From the IMG/VR virus record IMGVR_UViG_3300046779_000327, positions 1-45,505 of that record: 45,505 bases of DNA; one strand, written 5' to 3'. This DNA comes from a virus (Duplodnaviria; Caudoviricetes). A program made the position numbers and the translations under genes. The notes under the pieces were generated by a model. It had not been told where the DNA came from and searched no databases. It worked only from the letters and a program-made list of their open reading frames with translations. This document shows, one piece after another, positions 18,007 to 25,118 of the stretch; within the stretch, counting starts at the first letter, position 1, and each line of letters begins with the position of its first letter.

Positions 18007-18797
18007 TTTTTCTCTTTCGTTAATAGGTTTCTAACAATGTTGCGGCAATACGCATTAGCGGCAGTTTCTTCTGAGTCACTAATCTGAAGTCTAGCTACAT
18101 CTTGATACTCAGGATTAAATACTTTTAGACCCCGTGCTAGTAGGTTTGATTTCTTGTTTGCGCTGACCCTGCCATCGGTTACCTGACGGATAAAGTTCTG
18201 CGCTACATTGGGCAGTTCGTTAAATTGCTGGTGGCATAGGTTTGCGTACAGGTTCTTAATGTAGTTTTGGTTATACCCATCAAGAATTAAACAGACTGCC
18301 GCAGTACGCATTGGCGCAGACGAATAGACCTTAATCTGCTTGCCGCAATACTCGACTAGGCTATCGGATACTTCGCCTACGCCTGTGTTATAGATTTCTA
18401 GGCATTCTTCTGCACTGGTTACCGAATTACCACCGTAAACCAATCTAGCCAAGATACGGCATACCTCAGTAGTCCTAACATTAATGCCCGTCAGGTCTGA
18501 CAATGTACGCTTGATGCCGTTATCTAAGACCTTGTAGGCATCGTTGCTGACACCAGTGGTGACAAGCATCTGTACTGGTGTATCGGCTTCTACAATGGCT
18601 TCTAGACGGTGTTGCCCGTCAATGAGTTTGCCTGACTCAGAGAATGCTACGCCCTGATGGGTCAATATCCAGTCACCACGCTTAATGGCTTTGGCTAGAC
18701 AAGACACATACCAGCCCCTTTGCTGGCGGTTATCGGTGTTTTTAGATAGGTAAATCTTTGCCATTTCAGGCGTTACTAGCTGTACTTGTGGGTTCAT
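18003..18797 (-). CDS. ParB/Srx-like N-terminal domain protein (DGQHR motif)
   Basis: VTPEMAK.YL..N..NR...GDW....G...LIDGQHRLEAIV. Confidence 0.75.
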   Translation of the reverse strand: MNPQVQLVTPEMAKIYLSKNTDNRQQRGWYVSCLAKAIKRGDWILTHQGVAFSESGKLIDGQHRLEAIVEADTPVQMLVTTGVSNDAYKVLDNGIKRTLSDLTGINVRTTEVCRILARLVYGGNSVTSAEECLEIYNTGVGEVSDSLVEYCGKQIKVYSSAPMRTAAVCLILDGYNQNYIKNLYANLCHQQFNELPNVAQNFIRQVTDGRVSANKKSNLLARGLKVFNPEYQDVARLQISDSEETAANAYCRNIVRNLLTKEKK

Positions 18798-19003
18798 TGT
18801 GATCTCCCGTATGGATTGAGGTCTGTAAAAACTTCACGCAAGAAATCACGCTGACGGTTTACTGGCGCAAAGCCACAGCCATAGCGCAGTAAGTCAATTT
18901 GTTCCTTAGATAAATCTGTGCCACCTTCTAGCACATCAAAGATGCGTTCAAGTTCACCTTGAAGCTGTAGTAAGTCATTGGTTTGCGATTCTATTTCACT
19001 CAT
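18794..19003 (-). CDS. Hypothetical protein, first gene of the leftward operon
   Basis: AGGAGA RBS before ATG at 19003 (MSEIESQ...). Confidence 0.65.
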   Translation of the reverse strand: MSEIESQTNDLLQLQGELERIFDVLEGGTDLSKEQIDLLRYGCGFAPVNRQRDFLREVFTDLNPYGRSQ

Positions 19004-19039
19004 ATGAGTTCTCCTGTTATCACGGCACATACCGTACAC

Positions 19040-19093
19040 CCATATTAACTTAACTTAACAACTAATGCAAGAAATATGTTAAGATTACTTACA
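19040..19093. promoter_or_regulatory. Divergent promoter/operator region
   Basis: Leftward TTGCAT-17-TAATAT; rightward extended -10 TGtTAAGAT just before the cro ATG; operator-like sites at 19044-19059 and 19078-19093. Confidence 0.6.
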
Positions 19094-19314
19094 TGAATTC
19101 AGTCGCTATTATTCGTTTATTGGGTGGGCCAACCAAAGTAGCTAAGATGCTAGGCATTAGCGTACCTGCCGTATCCATGTGGCAGAACGGTGATATACCC
19201 TACGACAAGCTGGTGATCCTAGCCGCAACCCTTGAAAAACAAAGCCACGGGCTAGTAAACCGAAAGACCCTATTTCCTGAAAGTTATAAATTAATTTGGC
19301 CTGAATTAGATTGA
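19093..19314 (+). CDS. Cro/YdaS-family HTH regulator
   Basis: IRLLGGPTKVAKMLGISVPAVSMW...IP...IWPEL. Confidence 0.85.
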   Translation: MNSVAIIRLLGGPTKVAKMLGISVPAVSMWQNGDIPYDKLVILAATLEKQSHGLVNRKTLFPESYKLIWPELD

Positions 19315-19364
19315 TGTATACTAACGGCAAGCGGATTGAACCCTGCGAGTTAGAAACATCACCT

Positions 19365-19460
19365 AGACCCTAAAAGGGTAGTTTTTGAGCATTTAGGAAA
19401 AGCTGGTGATGTCTTTTCTTAAATGGGTTCAACTTAGAAACTACTCTTTTGGGGTTTTTT
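19365..19460 (+). ncRNA. C4-like antisense RNA (P1 c4 / P4 CI type)
   Basis: 25-bp and 13-bp helices; loop GGUGAUG and bulge GGGUUCAA complementary to upstream CATCACC and TTGAACCC. Confidence 0.7.
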
Positions 19461-19695
19461 TATTTCCGCTTCGTACTTCCTACGATAGCAATGGGGTTAA
19501 ATCGCCCGCTGGAAAGAAAAGATGGGCTGGTTTACACCTGACAGCAAGCCCCGTAGACTTGAGTGGGTACTACACAAGACGGACAGGACAATGGTGATTG
19601 ACAACCTGACCATCGAATGAACACTACCTTAGGGAGCATTAGTTTGGCGCACAACTGCCAAATGGATGGGGTGTTATCACCTTTGGGGAACTATT

Positions 19696-19811
19696 GCAAA
19701 AAAACAACACTAAGGGTATATCCCTATAAAATAACTGTTGACATACTTAAGCTACCTTAATAAACTGGTATCACTCAATAACGAGTGAGATAGAAAAAGG
19801 AGAAGCAAATG
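19696..19811 (+). promoter_or_regulatory. Strong sigma70 promoter cassette (TTGACA-17-TAAACT) with operator and leader hairpin
   Basis: -35 at 19738-19743, -10 at 19761-19766, operator CTTAAGCTACCTTAAT in the spacer, AAGGAG RBS. Confidence 0.85.
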
Positions 19812-19973
19812 AAATACAAAGGTCAAGGCAAAAAAGATTACATCGTAATGAAGTTCGATGACTACCTTAATACATACCGTGCTTTCAGCAAGCCAGTTAC
19901 ATTAAATCAAGCTGTTTGGATTGTGCAAGACGCACCAGCTTTGAAGTTAATTGTTGAAAAAATCAAAAAATGA
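19809..19973 (+). CDS. Small early protein (54 aa, not in the ORF track)
   Basis: MKYKGQGKKDYIVMKFDDYLNTYRAFSKPVTLNQAVWIVQDAPALKLIVEKIKK; strong RBS. Confidence 0.75.
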   Translation: MKYKGQGKKDYIVMKFDDYLNTYRAFSKPVTLNQAVWIVQDAPALKLIVEKIKK

Positions 19974-20068
19974 TTGAAACCGTAATGATTGTGTTTGCAA
20001 TCGGAACTTTTGTAATTTTTGCGGCAGTTATGATAATTGCCGCATTTCTTTACTATTGGATGGACTAA
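19970..20068 (+). CDS. 32-aa single-pass membrane peptide
   Basis: MIETVMIVFAIGTFVIFAAVMIIAAFLYYWMD; ATGA and TAATG couplings. Confidence 0.65.
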   Translation: MIETVMIVFAIGTFVIFAAVMIIAAFLYYWMD

Positions 20069-20445
20069 TGACCTTTCAAGACTTTTACTCGCTATACCCA
20101 CGCAAGATGGGGCGCAAAGAAGCCGAGCGTAGCTGGAATAGGCTAACCCCTGCACAGCAAGCAGAATGCCTAGAAGCCATGCCTAATTACATTAAATACT
20201 GGAAGATTAAGCAAACTCAAAAAGACTTCATTCCGTACCCAGCCACATTCTTAAACCAAGAACGCTGGACTGACGAGATTGACCTTGAACCGACCAAAAA
20301 GCCCGAATTACCGTGGTATTCCACAGAGGAACTGACTATAAAAAAAGCGCAGGAAATAAATTGCCCTGCTTATCAGGGTGAAGGCTGGCAACAATGGAGA
20401 GCAAGAATTAGCCAAAAGATTAAGCAGTTAGATGAACAGCTATAA
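20068..20445 (+). CDS. Replication-initiator C-terminal-like domain protein
   Basis: FQDFYSLYPRKMGRKEAERSW...FIPYPATFLNQERWTDE. Confidence 0.7.
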   Translation: MTFQDFYSLYPRKMGRKEAERSWNRLTPAQQAECLEAMPNYIKYWKIKQTQKDFIPYPATFLNQERWTDEIDLEPTKKPELPWYSTEELTIKKAQEINCPAYQGEGWQQWRARISQKIKQLDEQL

Positions 20446-20602
20446 AGACAGAATTGAGTATTTGGCCCAAGCCTACATAGCTATTGCCAAGCGTTACCAC
20501 AATTGGGATATGGTCAAAGAGTTAATTGAGCGCAACAAAGACACAGAAGCAGATGTAAAAAAACGAATAAAGGAACTGTATGCGAGAAATAGACCCGAAT
20601 AA
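20432..20602 (+). CDS. Hypothetical protein (56 aa)
   Basis: MNSYKDRIEYLAQAYIAIAKRYHNWDMVKELIERNK...; fills the operon gap. Confidence 0.55.
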   Translation: MNSYKDRIEYLAQAYIAIAKRYHNWDMVKELIERNKDTEADVKKRIKELYARNRPE

Positions 20603-20909
20603 ATGTATAGACTTTATCCTTGAAAACGCTGGTAAATACGCTTCTGCCAAGGGTGAACTCGCTCAGTTAGAAACCTTTAAAAGCAGTCTAAAAGCCATAA
20701 TGATGCAGAAATCAGGTGAGCAGACCATCGGGGCGCAGGAACGGGAAGCATACGCCAGCCAAGAGTACCAAGATTTATGTAAGGCTATCGGTGCGGCCAC
20801 CGAAAATGCCGAAAAGCTGAAATGGGAACTGGAAGCCGCAAGATTGCGCCATACTACATGGCAGACCTTAGAAGTATCTAACCGTAACCAAGATCGGATA
20901 TTAAAATGA
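20580..20909 (+). CDS. Conserved helical phage protein
   Basis: AAGGA RBS; AQEREAYASQEY motif. Confidence 0.7.
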   Translation: MREIDPNKCIDFILENAGKYASAKGELAQLETFKSSLKAIMMQKSGEQTIGAQEREAYASQEYQDLCKAIGAATENAEKLKWELEAARLRHTTWQTLEVSNRNQDRILK

Positions 20910-21076
20910 TTAACTTACTTGATGAATTTCATACCCTTAGAACTTTGGTTCGGATGTATGACGATGCGCTCAAGAGCAACAATGCGGTACAGATGATGGA
21001 AATTGCTGTAGACATTGCAGAATCCGCTGAAAAACTAGAACAACACAGCGTGGATCATGCCAATGTATCGCAATAA
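20906..21076 (+). CDS. Hypothetical protein (56 aa)
   Basis: MINLLDEFHTLRTLVRMYDD...; ATGA coupling. Confidence 0.55.
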   Translation: MINLLDEFHTLRTLVRMYDDALKSNNAVQMMEIAVDIAESAEKLEQHSVDHANVSQ

Positions 21077-21353
21077 AAGCTTATTGGAGATAGCTAGAAG
21101 CTTCCCCTGCACCCATTGTGGGGCAATCGATGGCACTGTAGTAGCCGCACACTCAAATCAACTAAGGGATGGTAAAGGCCGTGGAATTAAAGCGCATGAT
21201 TACAGAATCGCATCACTCTGCTACACCTGTCACACAGAAATCGACCAAGGCGCAACACTCAGCAAAGCAGAGAGAGTGGCTAGGTGGGAAGAAGCGCACA
21301 GAAAAACGATTGCCCTCTTATTCGAGTCGGGGTTTTTATATACCAAGTTTTGA
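21057..21353 (+). CDS. Zn-finger HNH-like nuclease (DUF1364/DUF968-like, nin region)
   Basis: CTHC...VVAAHSN...GKGRGIKAHD...LCYTCH. Confidence 0.75.
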   Translation: MPMYRNKSLLEIARSFPCTHCGAIDGTVVAAHSNQLRDGKGRGIKAHDYRIASLCYTCHTEIDQGATLSKAERVARWEEAHRKTIALLFESGFLYTKF

Positions 21354-21394
21354 GGAAATGACACAAGACACGGTGGAATTGTTAAACTCCCTTA

Positions 21395-21778
21395 ATGTTG
21401 ATACTAAACCTACCTTTGCCGCCTACCGTAAACCATTACATCAAAAGTAGTGGTCATAGGCGGTATTTAAGCAAAGAAGCTATTGAATTTAAAAAACAAG
21501 TCGCTGACTATGTAGCTGAGTACAGAGTACCAAAACTGGGTGATGCTCGTTTAGAAATGAAAATAGTTATTCATTTTGCCAATAAGCGTAAGCAAGATTT
21601 AGACAATCGTGTGAAATCACTTTGGGATGCACTGGGCGGCAACGGTGCAGGGGTGTTTGATGATGACAGTCAAATTGATGTTTTATTTTTGGAAAGAGGC
21701 GCAATAAAAAAAGGCGGTGGATGCCTTGTTTATATCGACATTCTTGATAAAATAGAGGAAACTACACCCATAACATAA
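21395..21778 (+). CDS. rusA: RusA Holliday junction resolvase
   Basis: LPLPPTVNHY; DLDNRVKSLWDAL; DDSQI. Confidence 0.9.
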   Translation: MLILNLPLPPTVNHYIKSSGHRRYLSKEAIEFKKQVADYVAEYRVPKLGDARLEMKIVIHFANKRKQDLDNRVKSLWDALGGNGAGVFDDDSQIDVLFLERGAIKKGGGCLVYIDILDKIEETTPIT

Positions 21779-21786
21779 GGATTTGT

Positions 21787-22143
21787 ATGGAAAATTGTGC
21801 GTTATTCCTAGCAACATTATTACACTCAGCGACTAACACGCATTTTTTCCATTGGACTACCGACAGTTTTTCAAAGCACAGCGCACTTGGCGAATACTAT
21901 GATGGAGTAGTGCCGCTGGTAGACCAGTTAGCAGAATCATACTTTGGTAAGTATGGAAAGATACTTAACTTCCCAAGCGTTTACCACCAGCCCAAAGACC
22001 CAATCCGTTACATGGAATCCTTACAGAACTTTGTCAAGGAAGCCCGTCAAGATTTACCCCAAGACAGCGAATTACAAAATATTATTGATGAGATTGCAGA
22101 CCTCATTAACACCACAACTTATAAACTTAAGTTCTTGAAATAA
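21787..22143 (+). CDS. Ferritin/Dps-like protein (DUF5856-like)
   Basis: HFFHW...HSALGEYY...DQLAE...Y.GKYG; DEIADLINTTTYKL. Confidence 0.7.
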   Translation: MENCALFLATLLHSATNTHFFHWTTDSFSKHSALGEYYDGVVPLVDQLAESYFGKYGKILNFPSVYHQPKDPIRYMESLQNFVKEARQDLPQDSELQNIIDEIADLINTTTYKLKFLK

Positions 22144-22153
22144 AAGGATATTT

Positions 22154-22339
22154 ATGCCACTCGATAAATCAGGTAGCCAAGAATCTGTTGGTAAAAACAT
22201 CAAAAAACTTAAATCCGAAGGTTATAAAGGCAAACAGGCTACTGCTATCGCCTTAAATGTTGAGCGTGAGAACGCTAGGGGTAGCCGCAAGGCAAAGCTT
22301 GAGGATGCCTACGCTAAGTACATTGAGGAAAAGGCATGA
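22154..22339 (+). CDS. Small basic phage protein
   Basis: MPLDKSGSQESVGKNI...KQATAIAL; RBS. Confidence 0.7.
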   Translation: MPLDKSGSQESVGKNIKKLKSEGYKGKQATAIALNVERENARGSRKAKLEDAYAKYIEEKA

Positions 22340-22602
22340 GTCGTAGGGATGACATTCGTGCGGCAGTAGAAAAGCACGATAAACCCATTCCTAAGACAAC
22401 AACGGGCAAGGATAAGAACTACCTGCCCACAGAGCAGGGCGCAGGTATGACCGCCAAAGGTAGGGCGGCATACAATCGTAAAAACAACGCTAATCTACAA
22501 GCACCACAAGCCAGTGGCCCAAGGCACGATAGTTTCTGTGCAAGGTCAAAAGGCTGGACTGGTGAGCGTGGTAAGGCGGCTAGAGCAAGGTGGAAATGCT
22601 AA
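22336..22602 (+). CDS. Small basic protein (DUF6321-like)
   Basis: GMTAKGRAAYN...R.DSFCAR...ARARWKC. Confidence 0.7.
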   Translation: MSRRDDIRAAVEKHDKPIPKTTTGKDKNYLPTEQGAGMTAKGRAAYNRKNNANLQAPQASGPRHDSFCARSKGWTGERGKAARARWKC

Positions 22603-22784
22603 TGAAAGACGGACTATATGCCAACATTCACCGCAAGAGGGCTAGGATTAAGGCTGGATCAGGCGAAAAGATGCGTAAGGTAGGTAGCGAAGGCGCACCC
22701 ACCGCTAAAGACTTTAAAGAATCTGCTAAGACTGCAAAGCCCACACGCAGAGAGATGATTGCTTCTAAGATGAAGGATATGTAA
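22602..22784 (+). CDS. Small basic phage protein
   Basis: GLYANIHRKRARIKAGSGEKMRKVGSEGAPTAKDFKESAKTAK. Confidence 0.7.
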   Translation: MKDGLYANIHRKRARIKAGSGEKMRKVGSEGAPTAKDFKESAKTAKPTRREMIASKMKDM

Positions 22785-23104
22785 TGGTTAATCAGAAGTT
22801 AGCCGCTATCTTGCGTCAATTTGACCCTCATGGTGCTGACTATGATTACACCACCGCTATTGCCGCAGGGATGAAACCCCAGCAAGAAGGCGGTGAAAAC
22901 CAAGGTCATTGGGGGTCAGTAGCCCCGACACCCATGCAATACCGTATGGACTACAATCTGCCCGAAAACTCTTACATGATGCTTAAAGGTGCGGCACACC
23001 CTACATTTCAGATGGGCGTACAAGGTGAACAAGACAGGGGTTATCAGGTAATGAAGTTTGGTGACCGCTATTTCTCATTACCGCCCGATTACATGAGGAA
23101 ATAA
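22784..23104 (+). CDS. Hypothetical protein
   Basis: TAATG coupling; GHWGS...MLKG..HPT motif. Confidence 0.65.
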   Translation: MVNQKLAAILRQFDPHGADYDYTTAIAAGMKPQQEGGENQGHWGSVAPTPMQYRMDYNLPENSYMMLKGAAHPTFQMGVQGEQDRGYQVMKFGDRYFSLPPDYMRK

Positions 23105-23105
23105 A

Positions 23106-23252
23106 ATGTTTAAAAAAGAAAAGGTAAAGCCCGAAAACAGCTTACTACAGCCCCACAAAGAATCCACGCTGGAGAAACAGCAACGCTTGCGCCTAGAGCG
23201 CAGGGCTATGCTTGCCAACAAACTGAAAGACATGGACAAAGAAGTTAAGTAA
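23106..23252 (+). CDS. Small basic protein (48 aa)
   Basis: GAGGA RBS; MFKKEKVKPENSLLQPHKESTLEKQQRLRLERRAMLANKLKDMDKEVK. Confidence 0.6.
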   Translation: MFKKEKVKPENSLLQPHKESTLEKQQRLRLERRAMLANKLKDMDKEVK

Positions 23253-24554
23253 ATGGACTTAGCTAGTGCATTACGCTCCTTTAGTGATAGGGTGGTAAAC
23301 CTACCCACCGAGGCACAGCGTTTTATGTACAACCCCCAAGCATTTACCCAAATGTTTGGCGTTAACCGACTACCCAATGAAACAGGGTTCGCTGAAGGCG
23401 CAATGGTCGGTGACCGTAAATACGGTAGTGAAAAAGGCTTTAAACAGGGTGAACCGCTGGCTTTGCCTATCGCTGTAGCATCAATGGGCGCACCACTTGC
23501 CGCCCCAACCGCTAGAGCATTAGCACCAAAAGCCGCAAGCATGGCAGAGGACTATTTGGCAAAAATAGGTGGTGTTCAATATATTGCACCGCAAAACAAA
23601 GCCCTAGCTGATGCTATCCGCAACAAGCCAATTGGTGAGTTTGACCCACGCTTTGACCCTAGAGTGTTGGAGAAAGAAAAGATTGCAAGCACCGTGCCTG
23701 TGGTCGAGCAGACTAACAAGACCGCAATTCCAAAGGTATCGCTGGCAGACTTTGAAGGTAGACCATTCATAACCAGTATGTCTGACCGCACTGCCGCTGG
23801 TGGTGACTTGCTTGGTGTTAACGATGTAATGTTTAAAAGACCCGTACACCTTTACGGTGGGCAGGACTATATGTTTAACAACCCCAATCAGGTATGGGCA
23901 TCAGCGCAACAAGCAGTATCGCCAATCATTAAAAATGCTGAGATGCTTAAAGAGATTACGGGGCAGAATCCGCTTTATATTCCTTGGAGAATGGCCCCGA
24001 CCAGCGGTGACTTTGCCCACATGACGGGTGAAAGTATGCTGGGATACGCAGAAGCCGCCATGAGCAGGGGTGATAAGAAGCAACTAAACAGCGCAATTAA
24101 AGACCTTATCCCGAATTGGAAAGGCGTAGATAACGCTGAAAGCATCGCCCAATATAGAGCCGCACCCAAAGTCGTAAGAGATTCCATCATGCAGATCATG
24201 GATCGTGACTTCAGGAATGCTGGAAGTCTAAACATTGGTCAGGCTAGATTATCGGTAACCGACCCACGCCAAATCAATGCGGCAGAAGGCGGTATACAGA
24301 ATGTGGGCGAGATATTCGCTGGTCAGCCAATGATTATGAAATCAGGTCACCCATCCTACCCACGGGGAGTAGCAGGTCAAGGTCTTGGCGTACTGGAAGA
24401 AAACCGCAACATATTTGAACTTCTGCCCAATGTAGTCAAGGAGCGTGGTATTGCTAACCCAACCGCCCCAGCGCAGACAGACCTACGGGCATTGCAGATG
24501 AAACCCTACGCAGGAATCCTAACCGCAAACCTACTAAGACAGCTAGGATACTAA
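23253..24554 (+). CDS. Hypothetical protein, possible virion-delivered effector
   Basis: 433 aa; Ala-rich linker followed by a globular domain with SDRT, GGQDY, VWAS and HPSYP motifs. Confidence 0.6.
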   Translation: MDLASALRSFSDRVVNLPTEAQRFMYNPQAFTQMFGVNRLPNETGFAEGAMVGDRKYGSEKGFKQGEPLALPIAVASMGAPLAAPTARALAPKAASMAEDYLAKIGGVQYIAPQNKALADAIRNKPIGEFDPRFDPRVLEKEKIASTVPVVEQTNKTAIPKVSLADFEGRPFITSMSDRTAAGGDLLGVNDVMFKRPVHLYGGQDYMFNNPNQVWASAQQAVSPIIKNAEMLKEITGQNPLYIPWRMAPTSGDFAHMTGESMLGYAEAAMSRGDKKQLNSAIKDLIPNWKGVDNAESIAQYRAAPKVVRDSIMQIMDRDFRNAGSLNIGQARLSVTDPRQINAAEGGIQNVGEIFAGQPMIMKSGHPSYPRGVAGQGLGVLEENRNIFELLPNVVKERGIANPTAPAQTDLRALQMKPYAGILTANLLRQLGY

Positions 24555-24736
24555 TACAAATATTCAGGTTTAAATTGATTCGCCATCTGTTCGCCAAAGC
24601 GTTGAGATAGAAAAGAACACACAGATTCATGGGTCACAGAAACAATGCCCGAAGCAATACAAAAGGTTTCATGCAAGGTAAGAGCATCAAGCATTGGCTT
24701 AGACATAGGCACATCAACATTAACAGTGGGTGTCAT
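24551..24736 (-). CDS. Small convergent protein (61 aa)
   Basis: AAGGAG RBS and TGaTACAAT extended -10; stop codon overlaps that of 23253..24554. Confidence 0.65.
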   Translation of the reverse strand: MTPTVNVDVPMSKPMLDALTLHETFCIASGIVSVTHESVCSFLSQRFGEQMANQFKPEYLY

Positions 24737-24789
24737 TGCAATCTCCTTGTTTTGTAATATAATTGTATCAAACATTAATCTATCTTAAC
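24736..24789. promoter_or_regulatory. Overlapping divergent promoters; rightward TTGCAA-16-TATAAT upstream of terS; operator-like site
   Basis: -35 at 24736-24741, -10 at 24758-24763; ATTAATCTATCTTAAC at 24774-24789. Confidence 0.55.
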
Positions 24790-24806
24790 AACTACTTGGA
24801 TAAGGT

Positions 24807-25118
24807 ATGGACACTAAAGAAGTGAAATCTGCTGTAAAACGCAAGCCGCCCCGTGCAGGTATGGGTAGACCAGCAGGAGTGCCTAATAAGTCAACAGCCC
24901 TCGCTAGAGAGGCTATCGCTAGGTTTGTGGATAACAATGCTGACCGTTTACAAGCGTGGCTTGATGAGATCGCTATGAATGAGAAGCTAGGGCCAAAGGT
25001 CGCATTTGATTGCTTCATGCAGGTAGCTGAGTACCATGTACCTAAACTAGCCCGTGTTGAGCAGGTAGGCGATGAAACCAAACCCGTAGTCCACATCTAC
25101 AAGTGGAAAGATGACTGA
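24807..25118 (+). CDS. terS: Terminase small subunit
   Basis: GRPAGVPNK motif; overlaps the terL start. Confidence 0.75.
   Translation: MDTKEVKSAVKRKPPRAGMGRPAGVPNKSTALAREAIARFVDNNADRLQAWLDEIAMNEKLGPKVAFDCFMQVAEYHVPKLARVEQVGDETKPVVHIYKWKDD

Noticed and set aside
19406-19597. 63-aa ORF (possible icd/kil analogue)
   Set aside because: The GTG start lies in the loop of the C4-like hairpin without a clear RBS and the ORF runs through the stem. It is not supported, though not strictly excluded.
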